From: Azolla caroliniana
Lineage: Eukaryota > Plantae > Polypodiophyta
DNA: 64,000 bases
Direction: 5' to 3'
Assembly: GCA_043228905.1 (NCBI GenBank)
Contig: JBHGNT010000015.1
Span: 11,346,001 to 11,410,000 of the forward strand
Shown: positions 48,660-60,740 of the stretch, piece by piece
How the letters are laid out: every line of letters starts with the position of its first letter
Numbering within the stretch: position 1 is the stretch's first letter
Translations under genes and position numbers: made by a program
The notes under the pieces: generated by a model
Seen by the model: the letters and a program-made list of their open reading frames with translations, nothing else
Told to the model about the DNA's origin: nothing
Databases searched by the model: none

Positions 48660-49860
48660 TCGTGTCGTTGGGTCCCGTTCCCTGCCGCCACCGTCCTTCT
48701 CCCTAGGTCTCACGTTGCCACGTTGGCCAAACTGCTGGGGTCTCCGGATCAGTGTGAGGGTCCCATAGGACTGGTCTTCGTTTCGTCGCTTGCCGAGATC
48801 CGGGTGTCTTTTGTCGGAGTCCTTCACAACTCTCCTCGTGTCTTCCGCGTAGCCGGGTTCCATCTTCGTGTTCCCGGGTCCCGTTTCCCGCCGCCACCAA
48901 CCTTCTCTCTCGGTCTCATGTTGCCACGTTGGCCGAACTGCCGGAGTCTCTGGTTCAGTGTGGGGATCCCGTAGGACCGGACTTCCTTATGCCCACTGAC
49001 CTTGCCGGAAGGTCCGATTTGGTTCGTAGCCGCCCCGCCGGCCTCATACCTCCTTGCCGTTCGTCGCCTCCTGTCGTCCGATCATGTTCTCTTGCCGCCA
49101 CCAATCTCCCCTATAGGACTCACACCGGCACTCGGGCCGACCGCCGGATCAGTGTGAGTGTCTTCGTGGGACCTCCCCTTCAGGCTTCGGTTGCCTGCCT
49201 TGTCGCCGCCACCGTCCCTTACTCTAGGTCTCACGCCTCCTCTTGTCGTTGGCTGCCGGAGTCTCTTGAATCGGTGCGTGTAAGGTCACAGCTGCTCTGC
49301 TCTGCCTTCGCCATTCTCTTCTGTTGGTCACGTTCACCTGCCGCCACCATCCTTTCCTATAGGACTCACGCCGGCTCTCGGGCCGACCGCCGGATCGGTG
49401 TGAGGATCTCCGTAGACCGCCCATCCGTAGCCCTTTGCCTTCGTCCCCTTGCCGCCACCGTTCGTCACTTTAGGACGATCGCCGGCTCTCGGGCCGACCG
49501 TCGGTTTCTGTGAAGGATCCTCCTCGGGCCTCCAATTTGTCTTCCTGACCCTGTCCCGGGTCGTCCTTTTCCGCATGCCAAGAGTGCGGTTTACTCCGCA
49601 CCCTCTCCCGTGGTACCGACGTACCGTCTCCTCGGCCTCTTCGTAGGCCTGCTCTCTTCCTCCCTCCCGGAATGGTCATCCGGGAGTCCGTTCCGCCCGG
49701 TTCTCGTCCGGGTCCGTTCGTCCTTCTCCGGATTGCCGGGTCCCGCTCTCCTTTCGCCACCAACCTTCTCCCTAGGTCTCACGTTGCCACGTTGGCCGAA
49801 CTGCCGGGGCCTCTGGACTGGTGTGGGGATCCTATAGGACCGGATTTCGTTCTCCTCTTC
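48660..49860. repeat. Degenerate dispersed/tandem repeat array inside D
   Basis: Motif GCCGCCACCnnCCTTCTCCCTAGGTCTCACG recurs about 7 times (~48684, 48890, 49094, 49205, 49340, 49451, 49755). Confidence 0.75.
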
Positions 49861-50388
49861 ATCCCTTGTACTTCTCCCTTCCAACTCCCGAACTTCGCCC
49901 GGTCGGTCTTTGTTAAACACGGGGTGCTCGGCCACAACCGAGGAATAGGATCAACTCACAGAAAACAGGAAATACAAAATGCACGGAGACAATAGAGAGA
50001 AGAGTACACAGGATGTTTTACGTGGAAAACCCTAAATGGGAAAAACCACGGGAGTCCTCAAACTCCAACTATCACTACAAACAGAGATGTACAATGGTGA
50101 AGCTACGAGGCAACAACCTTGAGCTCATTGTCTTCGCCACAGGCGGCGGTAATACATAGAGGCAACGACCTCTTCGTCTCTCTCGCTCTCTCTCTCTCTC
50201 TCTCGGCTGCTCTCACTTCGCTCCCTCTAACTGGAAAACAGAAAAATGAACAACAACAGTAAAATTGTTTGCCCTAAGTCATATTTATACACATATGACT
50301 TTCGGGCTATTTACAAATATAGCCTCAAGGGCCCTTGGCAAACATATTCACAAATATGTCCCCGCATCCGGATCTCTCTCCGGGTACA

Positions 50389-50527
50389 TTCGTCATCCGG
50401 CTCCGTAGCCGGGGTCTTCGTCATCCGGATCCGTAGCCGGGGTCTTCATCATCCGGATCCGGAGCCGGGGTCTTCGTCATCCGGCTCCGTAGCCGGGGTC
50501 TTCATCATCCGGATCCGGAACCGGGTA
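50389..50527. repeat. 28-bp tandem repeat in U3 of the F 3' LTR (~5 units; ~4 in the 5' LTR)
   Basis: TTCGTCATCCGGCTCCGTAGCCGGGGTC units. Confidence 0.9.
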
Positions 50528-50610
50528 CTCCTCGTTTGGGTCTTCATTCCCGATTCCCGGACATCTGACCATCCCATCCGGAGGGACCGTAATCCCAACA
50601 AACTCCCCCT

Positions 50611-53600
50611 TCACTTCGGCATGGGATGTCTTTCCAGTCCGACCCTCTTCCGGCACGCTTCCAGCTTGTCGGGTGTGAGCACTTTGGTCAGCATATCTGA
50701 CCCGTTCTCGTCCGTGTGGATCTTCGTCAGCACGAACTCCTGGTCTTCTATCCTTTCCCGGATCCAGTGATATCTACGCTGGATGTGCTTCGTCCGGGAG
50801 TGATAGGCCGCGTTCTTCGCAAGGTGGATGGCACTCTGACTGTCGCAGTAAAGTCGGTACTCCTCCTGCCGGATACCGAGCTCTCTAATGAAGTCCTTCA
50901 TCCATATTATTTCCTTGCCGGCTTCAACAGTCGCCATGTACTCCGCCTCCGTGGTTGACAACGCAACCGTCTTCTGCAGCCTCGACTGCCACGAAACAGC
51001 TCCCCCTGCATACGTCATCACATACCCTGATGTGGACCGGCTGGTATCCGCATCAGCCGACATATCCGAATCGGTAAAGCCGTCGAGTTCGGGCTTACCG
51101 GAGCCGAATCGGAGGCACACGTTTGCCGTGCCCTTCAGGTATCGGAGTATCCACTTGACCGCGTTCCAGTGCTCTTTGTCGGGATTGCTCATGTACCGGC
51201 TCACCACTCCGACTGCATATCCTATGTCCGGTCTTGTACACACCATTGCGTACATCAAGCTTCCTACGGCAGAGGCATATGGTATCTTCATCATATCCTC
51301 CTTTTCAACCTTTGTCTTGGGACTTTGCTTGCCGGATAACTTGCAGTTTGCCGGGAGGGTCGATCCGACCGGTCTTGCTTCCGACATGTTGAACCGTTGA
51401 AGCACCTTTGTCACGTACTTCTCCTGTGACAGCCACAACTGCTTCTTCTTCCGGTCCCGGATGATGTGCATCCCTAGTATTTGCCTCGCCGGACCCAGGT
51501 CCTTCATTGAGAAGGTTCGGTGAAGCGCTTTCTTCAGCATCTGTATCTTGACCTGGTCCCGTCCGACGATCAACATGTCGTCCACATACAGGAGGAGTAT
51601 TAGACAGTCTCCTCCTTCGAACTTCTTCACAAACACGCAGTGATCGGACTGCGTTTTGTGGTACCCTTCGTTGGTCATGAAAGAGTCGAATTTCCGGTAC
51701 CATTGCCGGGGAGCCTGTTTCAGTCCGTAAAGGCTCTTCTTCAACCGGCATACCAGGTGCTCCTTCCCTTTCTTCTCGAATCCTTCCGGTTGCTGCATGT
51801 AGATCTCTTCTTCGAGGTCACCGTGAAGGAATGCCGTCTTCACGTCCATCTGTTCTACCTCGAGGTCCATGCTTGCCGCTATGCTCAGCACCGTCCGGAT
51901 GGAGGTCATCTTCACTACCGGGGCAAATATCTCGTCGAAGTCGACGCCCTTCTTCTGCTGGAACCCCTTCACCACGATCCTGGCTTTGTATCTCGGGGGG
52001 TTTCCGGCATCTCCCGGTTTCAGCTTGAACACCCACTTGTTTCGAAGTGCCCTCTTTCCTTTCGGCAACTCCACAAGTTCATATGTGTGGTTCTCATGCA
52101 AGGAATCCATCTCCTCCTGCATGGCACTTAACCACCTGCGGCTATGGGTGTCAAGCTTTGCTTCTTCAAAGCTCTCCGGCTCCCCCTCGTCGGTTAGCAG
52201 CACGTGCTCTGGTTCCGGAAATCTCCGGGGGGCCCTTCTCTCTCTTAGAGGATATCTCCGTTCCAGAGCTTCGGTAACCGGCTCCTTCGTTTCCTCTTCT
52301 TCCGAATCCATTTCGGGATCGGGGCTGGTTCCGGTATCAGTTTCATCTTCCTCGGCCGGTTCTGTTTCTTCACCGTCTTCGGCCGGATCCTCGAGTGCTA
52401 ACCGGTCCCTTGCCGGTCGGGACTGCTCCTCGTAGAGTTGATTCTCACCGGTCGACTTGGAGCTCTTCATCTTCTTCTCCGACTCCCAGTCGGCGAGTGT
52501 CTTGTCCTCCATGAAGATGATATCTCGACTCCTGAACATCTTCTTGTCGACCGGGTCCCATACTCGGTAGCCGAACTCGTCGTCGCCGTAACCGAGGAAT
52601 ATGCATGGCCGGGTCTTTGGATCTAACTTTCCTCTCAGGTCCTTTGCCACATGCACGTATGCGAGACACCCGAACACCTTCAGATGCCAGTAGGACACTT
52701 CCTTACCGGTCCACACTCTCTGTGGCGTGTCTCCATCCAGGGATACTGAGGGTGATCTATTTATCACATATGTCGCCGTCGACATTGCCTCAGCCCAAAA
52801 TCCCTTGGGTAATTTCGCATGTGCTAGCATACTCCGGACCCTCTCCATGATGGTCCGGTTCATCCTCTCGGCCAGCCCGTTCAGTTCCGGCGTCTTCGGC
52901 ACAGTAAACTCGAGCCGGATTCCCTTCGAGCGACAGTACTCCTCGAACTGCCCCCGGTATTCCCCTCCGTTATCCGCTCGTATCGCTTTCAGCTTCTTGC
53001 CGGATTCCCTTTCCACTCTCGCGTGGAGTTCTTTGAAGACGGACAATACTTGGTCCTTTGTCTTCAACGGTGCCGTCCACAGCTTCCGGCTATGGTCATC
53101 TATGAATGTTACGAAGTACTGGGCTCCGCCATGTGACTTCGTTTCTACCTGGCACACATCAGTGTGTACCAACTCCAATGGTACACTACGTCTCATCGGT
53201 GGTCTTGAGCGGAAGGAGGTCCGGTTTTGCTTACCGGCCAGACAGTCGGTACACTTCCCCAAGTGTACGTGCTTTACCGGTATCAAGTTGTCTTCGGCAA
53301 GCCTCTTCATCCCCTTCTCGCTCATGTGGCACAGTCTCTTGTGCCACAGCTCACCGGCAGTGTCAGCTGCCACGTTCAGCTCCTCTGGACATAGCCGTGA
53401 ATTCATCAGGTACAGTGTGTTGACCTTCCGGGCCCGAGCCACTATCAGGCTCCCTTTGCTGAACTTCATGACACCGTTCCGGATGCTACCCGTGAAGCCT
53501 TCATCGTCTAGCCTCCCAGCCGAAATCAGGTTCAATCGAACCTCCGGAACGTGTCGAACATCCTTCATCAGCATCTTGCATCCGGTTGATGTCATCAACC

Positions 53601-54684
53601 ACACGTCTCCTATGCCGGCAATCCGGCATGTACCTTCATTTCCCATCCGGACACAGCCGTGCTCACCGGCTGTGTAGGATGAGAAGTATTTCTTCTCCGG
53701 GGTCAGGTGGAACGACGCTCCGGAATCGACCACCCAGGTCATCTCTTCACCGGCAAGGTTCAGCTCCCTCTCTTCGGTAATGAGCATTATCTCTTCTTCA
53801 CTTGCCGCGAGTGCCGTCGTTCCTTTCCGGTCCTGCCCTCGCCGATCCGGACCTCTCCGGTCCGTGGCTCCCTGGTATGCACCGTTTCGCTCCGGTGACT
53901 TCTTCGAATCGGTACCGTCGGTTCCGTTGTCTTTCCGGAAATGCCGACAGTTCTTCTGGAAGTGCCCCGGCCTCCCACAGTAGAAGCATGTAGGTCTTCC
54001 CCTCGACTGCGACCGTGTCCCCGACTTCTCCCGTCTTTGCGGACTCCGGTTCCGTTGTCTTCCCCGTTCCGATTCGGTAAGCAGCGCCTTCGAGTCAGAG
54101 GCCGGTTCTTTATCTCTCCGACGCGCTTCTTCATTTAGAATACTTGTCTTTACCGTTAGTAAAGACAAGTTCTCTTCCTTACAAGAGGTGCTGAGAGTAA
54201 CTACCAAGTTCTCCCAGCTCTCCGGAAGGGTACACATCAGCATGATGGCTTGCATTGCGTCATCCAACGGGAACTTGATCGCCGCAAGCTGGTTCACGAA
54301 TCCCATGAACGTGCTGACGTGTTCGACCATGCTCTCGCCGTCCCGGTACTTAAGATTCACTATCTTCCTCATCAGGGAGGTCCGGGTCAGAGCATTCTTC
54401 CTCTCATAAAGTTCGGACAGCTTCTGCCACATCTCATAGGCGTTCGTATCGTTCGCCACATGTTGCAGAACACTTACATCGACGTATTGCCGGATCGTCG
54501 CTACGGCTTTCCGGTTCAGGAGCTTCCACTCCGACTCTATTACCCCCTTGGGTATCTCGGCATTGTCGATCGGTTCGTATAGGTCTCGGACGATGAGAAG
54601 GTCTTCCATCTTTATCTTCCAGTCGGCGTAGTTCTGTGAGTTCAACACCATCATGCCCGGAGGCCCACTACCGTCGCCTTCCAT
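50611..54684 (-). CDS. Copia gag-pol polyprotein, 1357 aa
   Basis: CFYCGRPGHFQKNC, VVDSGAS, VHTDVC/DNGGEY/AERMN, LYVDD, FTDSD...TEAEY...CDSQSA. Confidence 0.97.
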   Translation of the reverse strand: MEGDGSGPPGMMVLNSQNYADWKIKMEDLLIVRDLYEPIDNAEIPKGVIESEWKLLNRKAVATIRQYVDVSVLQHVANDTNAYEMWQKLSELYERKNALTRTSLMRKIVNLKYRDGESMVEHVSTFMGFVNQLAAIKFPLDDAMQAIMLMCTLPESWENLVVTLSTSCKEENLSLLTVKTSILNEEARRRDKEPASDSKALLTESERGRQRNRSPQRREKSGTRSQSRGRPTCFYCGRPGHFQKNCRHFRKDNGTDGTDSKKSPERNGAYQGATDRRGPDRRGQDRKGTTALAASEEEIMLITEERELNLAGEEMTWVVDSGASFHLTPEKKYFSSYTAGEHGCVRMGNEGTCRIAGIGDVWLMTSTGCKMLMKDVRHVPEVRLNLISAGRLDDEGFTGSIRNGVMKFSKGSLIVARARKVNTLYLMNSRLCPEELNVAADTAGELWHKRLCHMSEKGMKRLAEDNLIPVKHVHLGKCTDCLAGKQNRTSFRSRPPMRRSVPLELVHTDVCQVETKSHGGAQYFVTFIDDHSRKLWTAPLKTKDQVLSVFKELHARVERESGKKLKAIRADNGGEYRGQFEEYCRSKGIRLEFTVPKTPELNGLAERMNRTIMERVRSMLAHAKLPKGFWAEAMSTATYVINRSPSVSLDGDTPQRVWTGKEVSYWHLKVFGCLAYVHVAKDLRGKLDPKTRPCIFLGYGDDEFGYRVWDPVDKKMFRSRDIIFMEDKTLADWESEKKMKSSKSTGENQLYEEQSRPARDRLALEDPAEDGEETEPAEEDETDTGTSPDPEMDSEEEETKEPVTEALERRYPLRERRAPRRFPEPEHVLLTDEGEPESFEEAKLDTHSRRWLSAMQEEMDSLHENHTYELVELPKGKRALRNKWVFKLKPGDAGNPPRYKARIVVKGFQQKKGVDFDEIFAPVVKMTSIRTVLSIAASMDLEVEQMDVKTAFLHGDLEEEIYMQQPEGFEKKGKEHLVCRLKKSLYGLKQAPRQWYRKFDSFMTNEGYHKTQSDHCVFVKKFEGGDCLILLLYVDDMLIVGRDQVKIQMLKKALHRTFSMKDLGPARQILGMHIIRDRKKKQLWLSQEKYVTKVLQRFNMSEARPVGSTLPANCKLSGKQSPKTKVEKEDMMKIPYASAVGSLMYAMVCTRPDIGYAVGVVSRYMSNPDKEHWNAVKWILRYLKGTANVCLRFGSGKPELDGFTDSDMSADADTSRSTSGYVMTYAGGAVSWQSRLQKTVALSTTEAEYMATVEAGKEIIWMKDFIRELGIRQEEYRLYCDSQSAIHLAKNAAYHSRTKHIQRRYHWIRERIEDQEFVLTKIHTDENGSDMLTKVLTPDKLEACRKRVGLERHPMPK

Positions 54685-54700
54685 TTTCTGTGTTACCGTC

Positions 54701-54712
54701 GCTCTGATACCA
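54701..54712 (-). promoter_or_regulatory. PBS, tRNA-iMet (TGGTATCAGAGC)
   Basis: Exact match 3 nt from the 5' LTR. Confidence 0.95.
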
Positions 54713-55435
54713 CTTTGTTAAACACGGGGTGCTCGGCCACAACCGAGGAATAGGATCAACTCACAGAAAACAGGAAATACAAAATGCACGGAGACAATAG
54801 AGAGAAGAGTACACAGGATGTTTTACGTGGAAAACCCTAAATGGGAAAAACCACGGGAGTCCTCAAACTCCAACTATCACTACAAACAGAGATGTACAAT
54901 GGTGAAGCTACGAGGCAACAACCTTGAGCTCACTGTCTTCGCCACAGGCGGCGGTAATACATAGAGGCAATGACCTCTTCGTCTCTCTCGCTCTCTCTCT
55001 CTCTCTCGGCTGCTCTCACTTCGCTCCCTCTAAGTGGAAAACAGAAAAATGAACAACAACAGTAAAACTGTTTGCCCTAAGTCATATTTATACACATATG
55101 ACTTTCGGGCTATTTACAAATATAGCCTCAAGGGCCCTTGGCAAACATATTCACAAATATGTCCCCGCATCCGGATCTCTCTTCGGGTACATTCGTCATC
55201 CGGCTCCGTAGCCGGGGTCTTCATCATCCGGATCCGGAGCCGGGGTCTTCGTCATCCAGCTCCGTAGCCGGGGTCTTCATCATGCGGATCCGGAACCGGG
55301 TACTCCTCGTTCGGGTCTTCATTCCCGATTCCCGGACATCTGACCATCCCATCCGGAGGGACCGTAATCCCAACAGTCTTTCTCCCCATGTAAAAGAGGG
55401 CGGCTCGTCCCGCACCCTCTTTCGTATCGGAACTT

Positions 55436-56860
55436 TCATGCTGAATCCGGCCCCGATCGAACGATCCACAACCGGATTTTGCTCCATCCGCATCGGAATG
55501 CCGATATTCTCGTGCCGCTTCCATCCTCGGCCTCCTCACAGGCCGTTTCCCATCCCCCTTCACTGGCATCGTGCGAAGACTCCTCGTTGGCGCCTTCCTT
55601 GTCTCCGGTCTCATGTCGGCACACGGGCACGACCGCCGGAGTCTCCGGAATCTGCGTGGAGGGCTCTTCTTCGCTCCTTCCCCGTATCGTCTCGCCGGTG
55701 ATTCTTGGTCTTTCACCGCCGCCTTCCTCCGCTTGGGACTCACGTGGGCACTCGGGCCCGACTACCATCATCTCGGGAGCAAGTGTGGGAAGACACAAAG
55801 AATCGCCCATCCGTTTTACGCCCTTGTCCGTAGCCACCGACTCTTCGTGGTCGGCGGTCGTCTTCTTACCGATCGCGCAAGCCCCGCCTAGGCTTGCTTC
55901 TCCGATTTCCGGGATTTCGGGCTGACACACCCGAAACCGCTGGTCCCAACTATCCGGTTCCGCGATTTGTATCTCGGCCTCGTCCTTGGCCGTTCCATCT
56001 CCGCAAGTCGAGAGGGCGTTTTGTTCCGCACCCTCTCCCGTGGTACCGTGGTACCGATCTTCCGCCGTCGCGTGGGGCAAGTCCGTCTCCTCAGTCTCGG
56101 CTTGCGGCCTCGATCTTTCCTCTTCCTCGAGCATCGCCTCGAGAGCTACGTACGCCTCCGCAATCCGGGCCTCAACGCCGACCCTTGCCAACTCCCTTTG
56201 TCGTTCGGCCTCTTCCCGCTGTGATGGCACGCCATCGCGCGCCTTCCTTTTAGCCTCCTCGGCTGGCTCATTGTCTAGCCGTTGGCACACCCTTCCGACC
56301 TTCGACCAGTCCTCCGTAAGCCCATTTGCTTCGTCATCATCTTCGAGCTCAATCCCGATGGCCTCCCGTTCCTCTTGGTCGATCGACCTGACGAACAATA
56401 GGACTTTGTTCGCCCCCACCAAACCTTGTTCCCGCTCCGGGAGCCGAGCAAGTCGTCGCTCGAACTCCCGGAACGCCTTCATTGCGCCCCGGTGGGTCTT
56501 TGCCGATGCTACCCACTGATCGAAGTCGTGCCGTCCCCGGCTCTTTCGCCGTCCTCCATATGCCTTCAGGAGCACCTCTTCGAAGGCCTCCCATGAACTA
56601 TGAGCCTCACGGAGCTCCTTTACATCCGCATGCATCCGGACACCTACGACCTGACAGAAGAACTACAGCCTCAACGCCTCCTCCATCTCCGCGTTGTAGG
56701 CTCCCAAGTAAGATGGGACTTTGTCCCCGTTGAAATGGCCGACTCTTTTGACCACTCGCTCAACCGCTTGTTGCGCTGCTTCTCGCCTCATCACCACTCG
56801 TGCCGACTCCAACAACACTTTGGCCACCATCACCGCGAGGTCGTCGTCTTCCGACTGCAT
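55436..56860 (-). pseudogene. gag-like ORF of D (frameshifted), homologous to E gag N-terminus
   Basis: VGHFNGDKVPSYLGAYNAEM, KVLLFVRSIDQEEREAIG and GLTEDWSKVGRVC match E's IGRFDGRDATKYLASYGAEM, RVLLFVKSVDERDREQVG and GLTTDWAAVKKVC. Confidence 0.85.
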
Positions 56861-56875
56861 CCTCCCTTGCCGCCT

Positions 56876-56893
56876 TTCACGTCGGGTTCACCA
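56876..56893 (-). promoter_or_regulatory. PBS of D, tRNA-Trp
   Basis: Identical 18-mer to the E PBS. Confidence 0.9.
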
Positions 56894-56897
56894 AATA

Positions 56898-57363
56898 TGT
56901 CGCGTTGTTACGCACGTGCGTGGAGAAAGGCGGGACCACGGGGGTCTTGGACTAGGGAGTGATGGAGCGTAGGAAGTCGTACTTCACCGTTTCCGGGGCA
57001 TCCCAAGAGCACACCGGAAGCAACCGCAGGGAGAAAGAGAAAGAGAGGGAGCGTGCGCTTGACACCGACTCACGCACACACACACAGAGGCCGACCCGAC
57101 TCACGCCCTTATGTACAGGAAATGCAGGAAAGGGGAAGCACCCGACACCAACAGAGACACGAATATACATAGACAGACACAAATGTATATATATAAAAGG
57201 AAGAATACATTCCCGGCTTCGAGCCGGACCAAGGTAGGTTACAGTAGTCGTCAGCTGCCAAGCCGCCGGTTGGGGAGCTCACGGGCTTGTCACGCTGAGC
57301 GGGGACTTGCGCAGGAGATGAACTGAAGCAAACCCTAAGTGAATACAAAGGGGGGAGGGGGAG

Positions 57364-57394
<31 letters not shown>

Positions 57395-57677
57395 GTAACT
57401 AACCCTAAATCTAACGGTATACCCTCTAACGCAAAATGGGTAACCCTTTCACAAAAGGCGCTCCCTTCCTTTTATAGAACAAGGAGAGGGATGCATTACA
57501 ATGTGGGATAAATCCCGACTTACATTGGATCGTCTGTCCCGACTTGACTACTCTTCGGCGCCATAAAGGCGCCCTCGTTATTCACACTAAATGTACAAGG
57601 GTGAGCACACATGCTGCACCCCGCCGATGTAGCCAATGTTTCCTGGTTTCCACCTCTAGACGAAATTCTTCACGACA
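56898..57677 (-). repeat. 5' LTR of D
   Basis: Direct repeat of 39413-40185. Confidence 0.95.
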
Positions 57678-57682
57678 AACGT

Positions 57683-60600
57683 TCCGACAATCACGAAGAA
57701 CTTGGTGTCGGTCGGACAGATCGTCGACCAAGGGATGGAGGTTCGGTTTACAAACCTCGGGTGCTTCATTGAGGAAGAAGCCTGTGTTATTGCGCAAGGG
57801 CGCAGAGATGGGAGGATGTTCATCCTCGACTCTACTGACGGTGGCACCGCAATGTTCGCGAAGGGACAAAAAGTCGAGTCGGACATCGACTTAAGGGACA
57901 AGCGGATAGGCCACGTGAACTACCAGCGGCTTCCGAACCTGCAATTGAAATAGGTGGTGTTCGGATTGCCCAAATTTAGTGGTCGGAAGTCAAAAATTTG
58001 TGAAGCCTGCCACCTTGGGAAGCAACACCGACTTCCCTTCCCCAAGGAGCGTAACCGGAGCCGGAACAAGCTCGACTTGATACACTCTGATGTGTGGGGG
58101 ACGGCACAAAACGTTAGTCTTGGCGGGAGCCGATATTTCGTCTCCTTCATCGATGACTACATGCGGCACACGTGGATCTACCTCATTGAGAGGAAGAGCG
58201 AACGCTTCGACTGTTTTCGGGACCTCAAAGGGTTCGTGGAAACGGAAACAGGAAGGAAGATCAAGTGCTTGTGGTCGGATGGCGGAAAAGAATACTTTTC
58301 CGATCAATTCAATGGTTATCTACAACAAATGGGAATTCGACGCGAATTCAGTTGTAGATACACGCCGAAGCAAAACGGCGTGGCCAAGAGGAAAATTCGG
58401 TCGGTTGTGGAAGTAGCGCGGGCAATGTTGGAAGAAAAGAGCTTGCCGAAGTTCTATTGAGCCGAGGCGGTACGAAGTACGTTATACATCCAGAACCAGA
58501 TCGGAGACAAAGTGTCGGTGCATGAGCTATATTTCGGAAGGAAACCGAACCTTTGACACTAACGAGTTTTCGGTAGCATTGCGTATGTGCATCTACCGAA
58601 GGAGAAACGGAGGAAGCTAGACGCAAATGCCGAGAAATGCATCATGGTCGGTTACTCGGATGAGCAGAAGGGTTATAAGTGTTATAGCCCGCACTCCAAA
58701 CAAGCGTGTGTGAGCCGCGACGTTGTGTTTGACGAGTCCGCGTCTTGGTACTTGCCTCCAACTCCGGACCTCACCTCCAATCCAAGTTTGATGATGAGGT
58801 CAGCGAGGCCGAGATGCCTCCGGATGAGCCTGAAATCGGGACCCACGAAGAGAGTCCGGTTTTGTTTCGGTTAAGCGGACCGAATGGACGACTGAGTGGG
58901 TTCGACCAGTCCGATGAAGAGCCGACGAGTAGTGGAGACTCGGCCATGCATTTCCCACATAGGAAGCCGAGGAGAGGGCTTACGCGCAAAGAGAAAGGGT
59001 AGAAGAAGGTGTCGGATTCCAGCACGAACAGGAACGAGTCAGACCGACGCGAGTCCGACTCCGAGGAAAGCGGTGACGGGTCTTCAAGAGAGAAGTCTGT
59101 GTCGGCCGAGATAACCACGATATCAGCTAATGACCGATTACGCCAATCTACCCACCAGAAGAACCTAGTTGTGCGATTCGGATACAATGAGTACATGGCG
59201 CACCATTATGAGTACATGACCTGTGGAGCGGAAGTGCGTGAGCCGGAGAGCTATGCGGAAGCGGCTAAGTACGTGAATTGGCGCGCCGCAATGGAGGAAG
59301 AGATCCACGCACTAGCGGAAAATGAGACCTGGGACCTGGTTGACGCACCGAAGGGTGTGAAGCCGATCGGATGTAGGTGGGTGTACAAGGTCAAGTACAA
59401 CACCGACGGCTCGGTCAACCGATACAAGGCCCGGTTAGTAGCAAAAGGTTACGTGTAGAAACACGACATCAACTACGATGAGACGTTTGCGCCAGTCGCG
59501 AAGATGACGACCGTCCGTGTTTTGCTCGCCGTAGCTGCGGCAAAGGGGTGGCACTTTCATCAGATGGATGTAAAGAATGCGTTTCTACAAGGTGAGCTTG
59601 AGGAACAGGTGTACATGGTACAACCCCCCGGATTTCACTCCGGAACGAACACGTCGGTAGTGTGCCGATTGAAGAAGTCTCTCTATAGCCTGAAGCAAGC
59701 CCCATGTGCCTAGAACGCGAAGATCACGTAGCAACTACGTCGGATGGGCTTTGCAACGTCAAAATTGGACTCTTCCCTGTTCATCCAGAAAGGTCGACCC
59801 CGTCCGGTCACTATTCTACTATATGTTGATGACTTGGTCATCACCGGCGCTGACCTAGGTGAAATCGACCACGTGAAGCTCTAGAGTGCGACATCGTTAG
59901 ACATGAAGGATCTGGGGGATCTTCATTACTTCCTCGGGATCGAAGTCATCCATAGCTCCGAAGGCATATTAATCAGCCAATGCCATTACGCGCTGAATAT
60001 GTTCTTCAAATTCGGGATGGCAGACTGTAAGTCCATCTCGACTCCTCTGGATAGAACCATCAAGCTTCGCCCCGAGTCCGGAAAGGTATGTGACCCGACG
60101 AGGTTCCGACAGATAGTCGAAAGCCTTATATACTTGACCATCACCCGACCAGATCTCAACTACCCGGTCGGGGTGATCAGTGAGTTCATGGCATGGCCTA
60201 CCAAGGAGCACCTTCAGTGTGCGCAACACGTACTGTGGCACGTAAGCAGCAGTAAGGACCGGGGACTGCTATATCGGACCGGTACAACCTCGCAGTTGGT
60301 CGGCTACACCGATGCTAATTGGGCTGGCAACGCCGCCGATCGTCGATCCACGTCCGGATACGAGTTCTCTCTTGGGAGTGCCGCGATAGCGTGGAACAGT
60401 AAGAAGCAGCCGACAGTTGCACTATCGAGAACCGAAGCTGAGTACCGAGGAGTGGTTGTCGCGACATGCGAAGCCATATGGTTGAAGCAGCTACTTAAGG
60501 ACCTGCAAGAGGAGGTGTCTGATTCGACAACAATCTACTGCGACAACCTCATCAACATCCAGCTCGCAAAGAACCCCGTTTTCCACGCATGAACGAAGCG

Positions 60601-60740
60601 CATTGAGGTGTACTACCATTTCCTCTGTGTGCGTGTCCTTTCTAGTGAAGTCGAACTTCAGTATGTTCCGACGGATCGGCAAATTGCCGACATCTTCACC
60701 AAGCCCCTTGGTTTGAACAAGTTGTGACAATTCTCGGGTG
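57683..60740 (+). pseudogene. Copia A2 integrase-RT-RNase H with many stops
   Basis: [54 protein letters not shown]. Confidence 0.95.

Larger units (their letters stand above)
49911..55375 (-). mobile_element. Intact Ty1/copia element F (Tnt1/Tork-like)
   Basis: LTRs 49911-50600 and 54716-55375, TSD GTCTT, Met PBS, PPT AGGGGGAG, single open polyprotein. Confidence 0.97.
39413..57677 (-). mobile_element. Non-autonomous gag-only LTR element D (TR-GAG/LARD-like)
   Basis: LTRs 39413-40185 and 56898-57677, TSD AACGT, Trp PBS, PPT. gag remnant present but no pol motifs. Confidence 0.9.
38580..60740 (+). mobile_element. Ty1/copia element A2 (same family as A1), internally deleted, 3'-truncated, interrupted by D
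   Basis: Begins with the same LTR start TGTTGAGAGACAAGCTCAA and jumps to gag at ~38620. pol continues 57683-60740. Confidence 0.85.

Noticed and set aside
50389-50527. CRISPR-like array
   Set aside because: Contiguous tandem units without unique spacers, inside a plant LTR.
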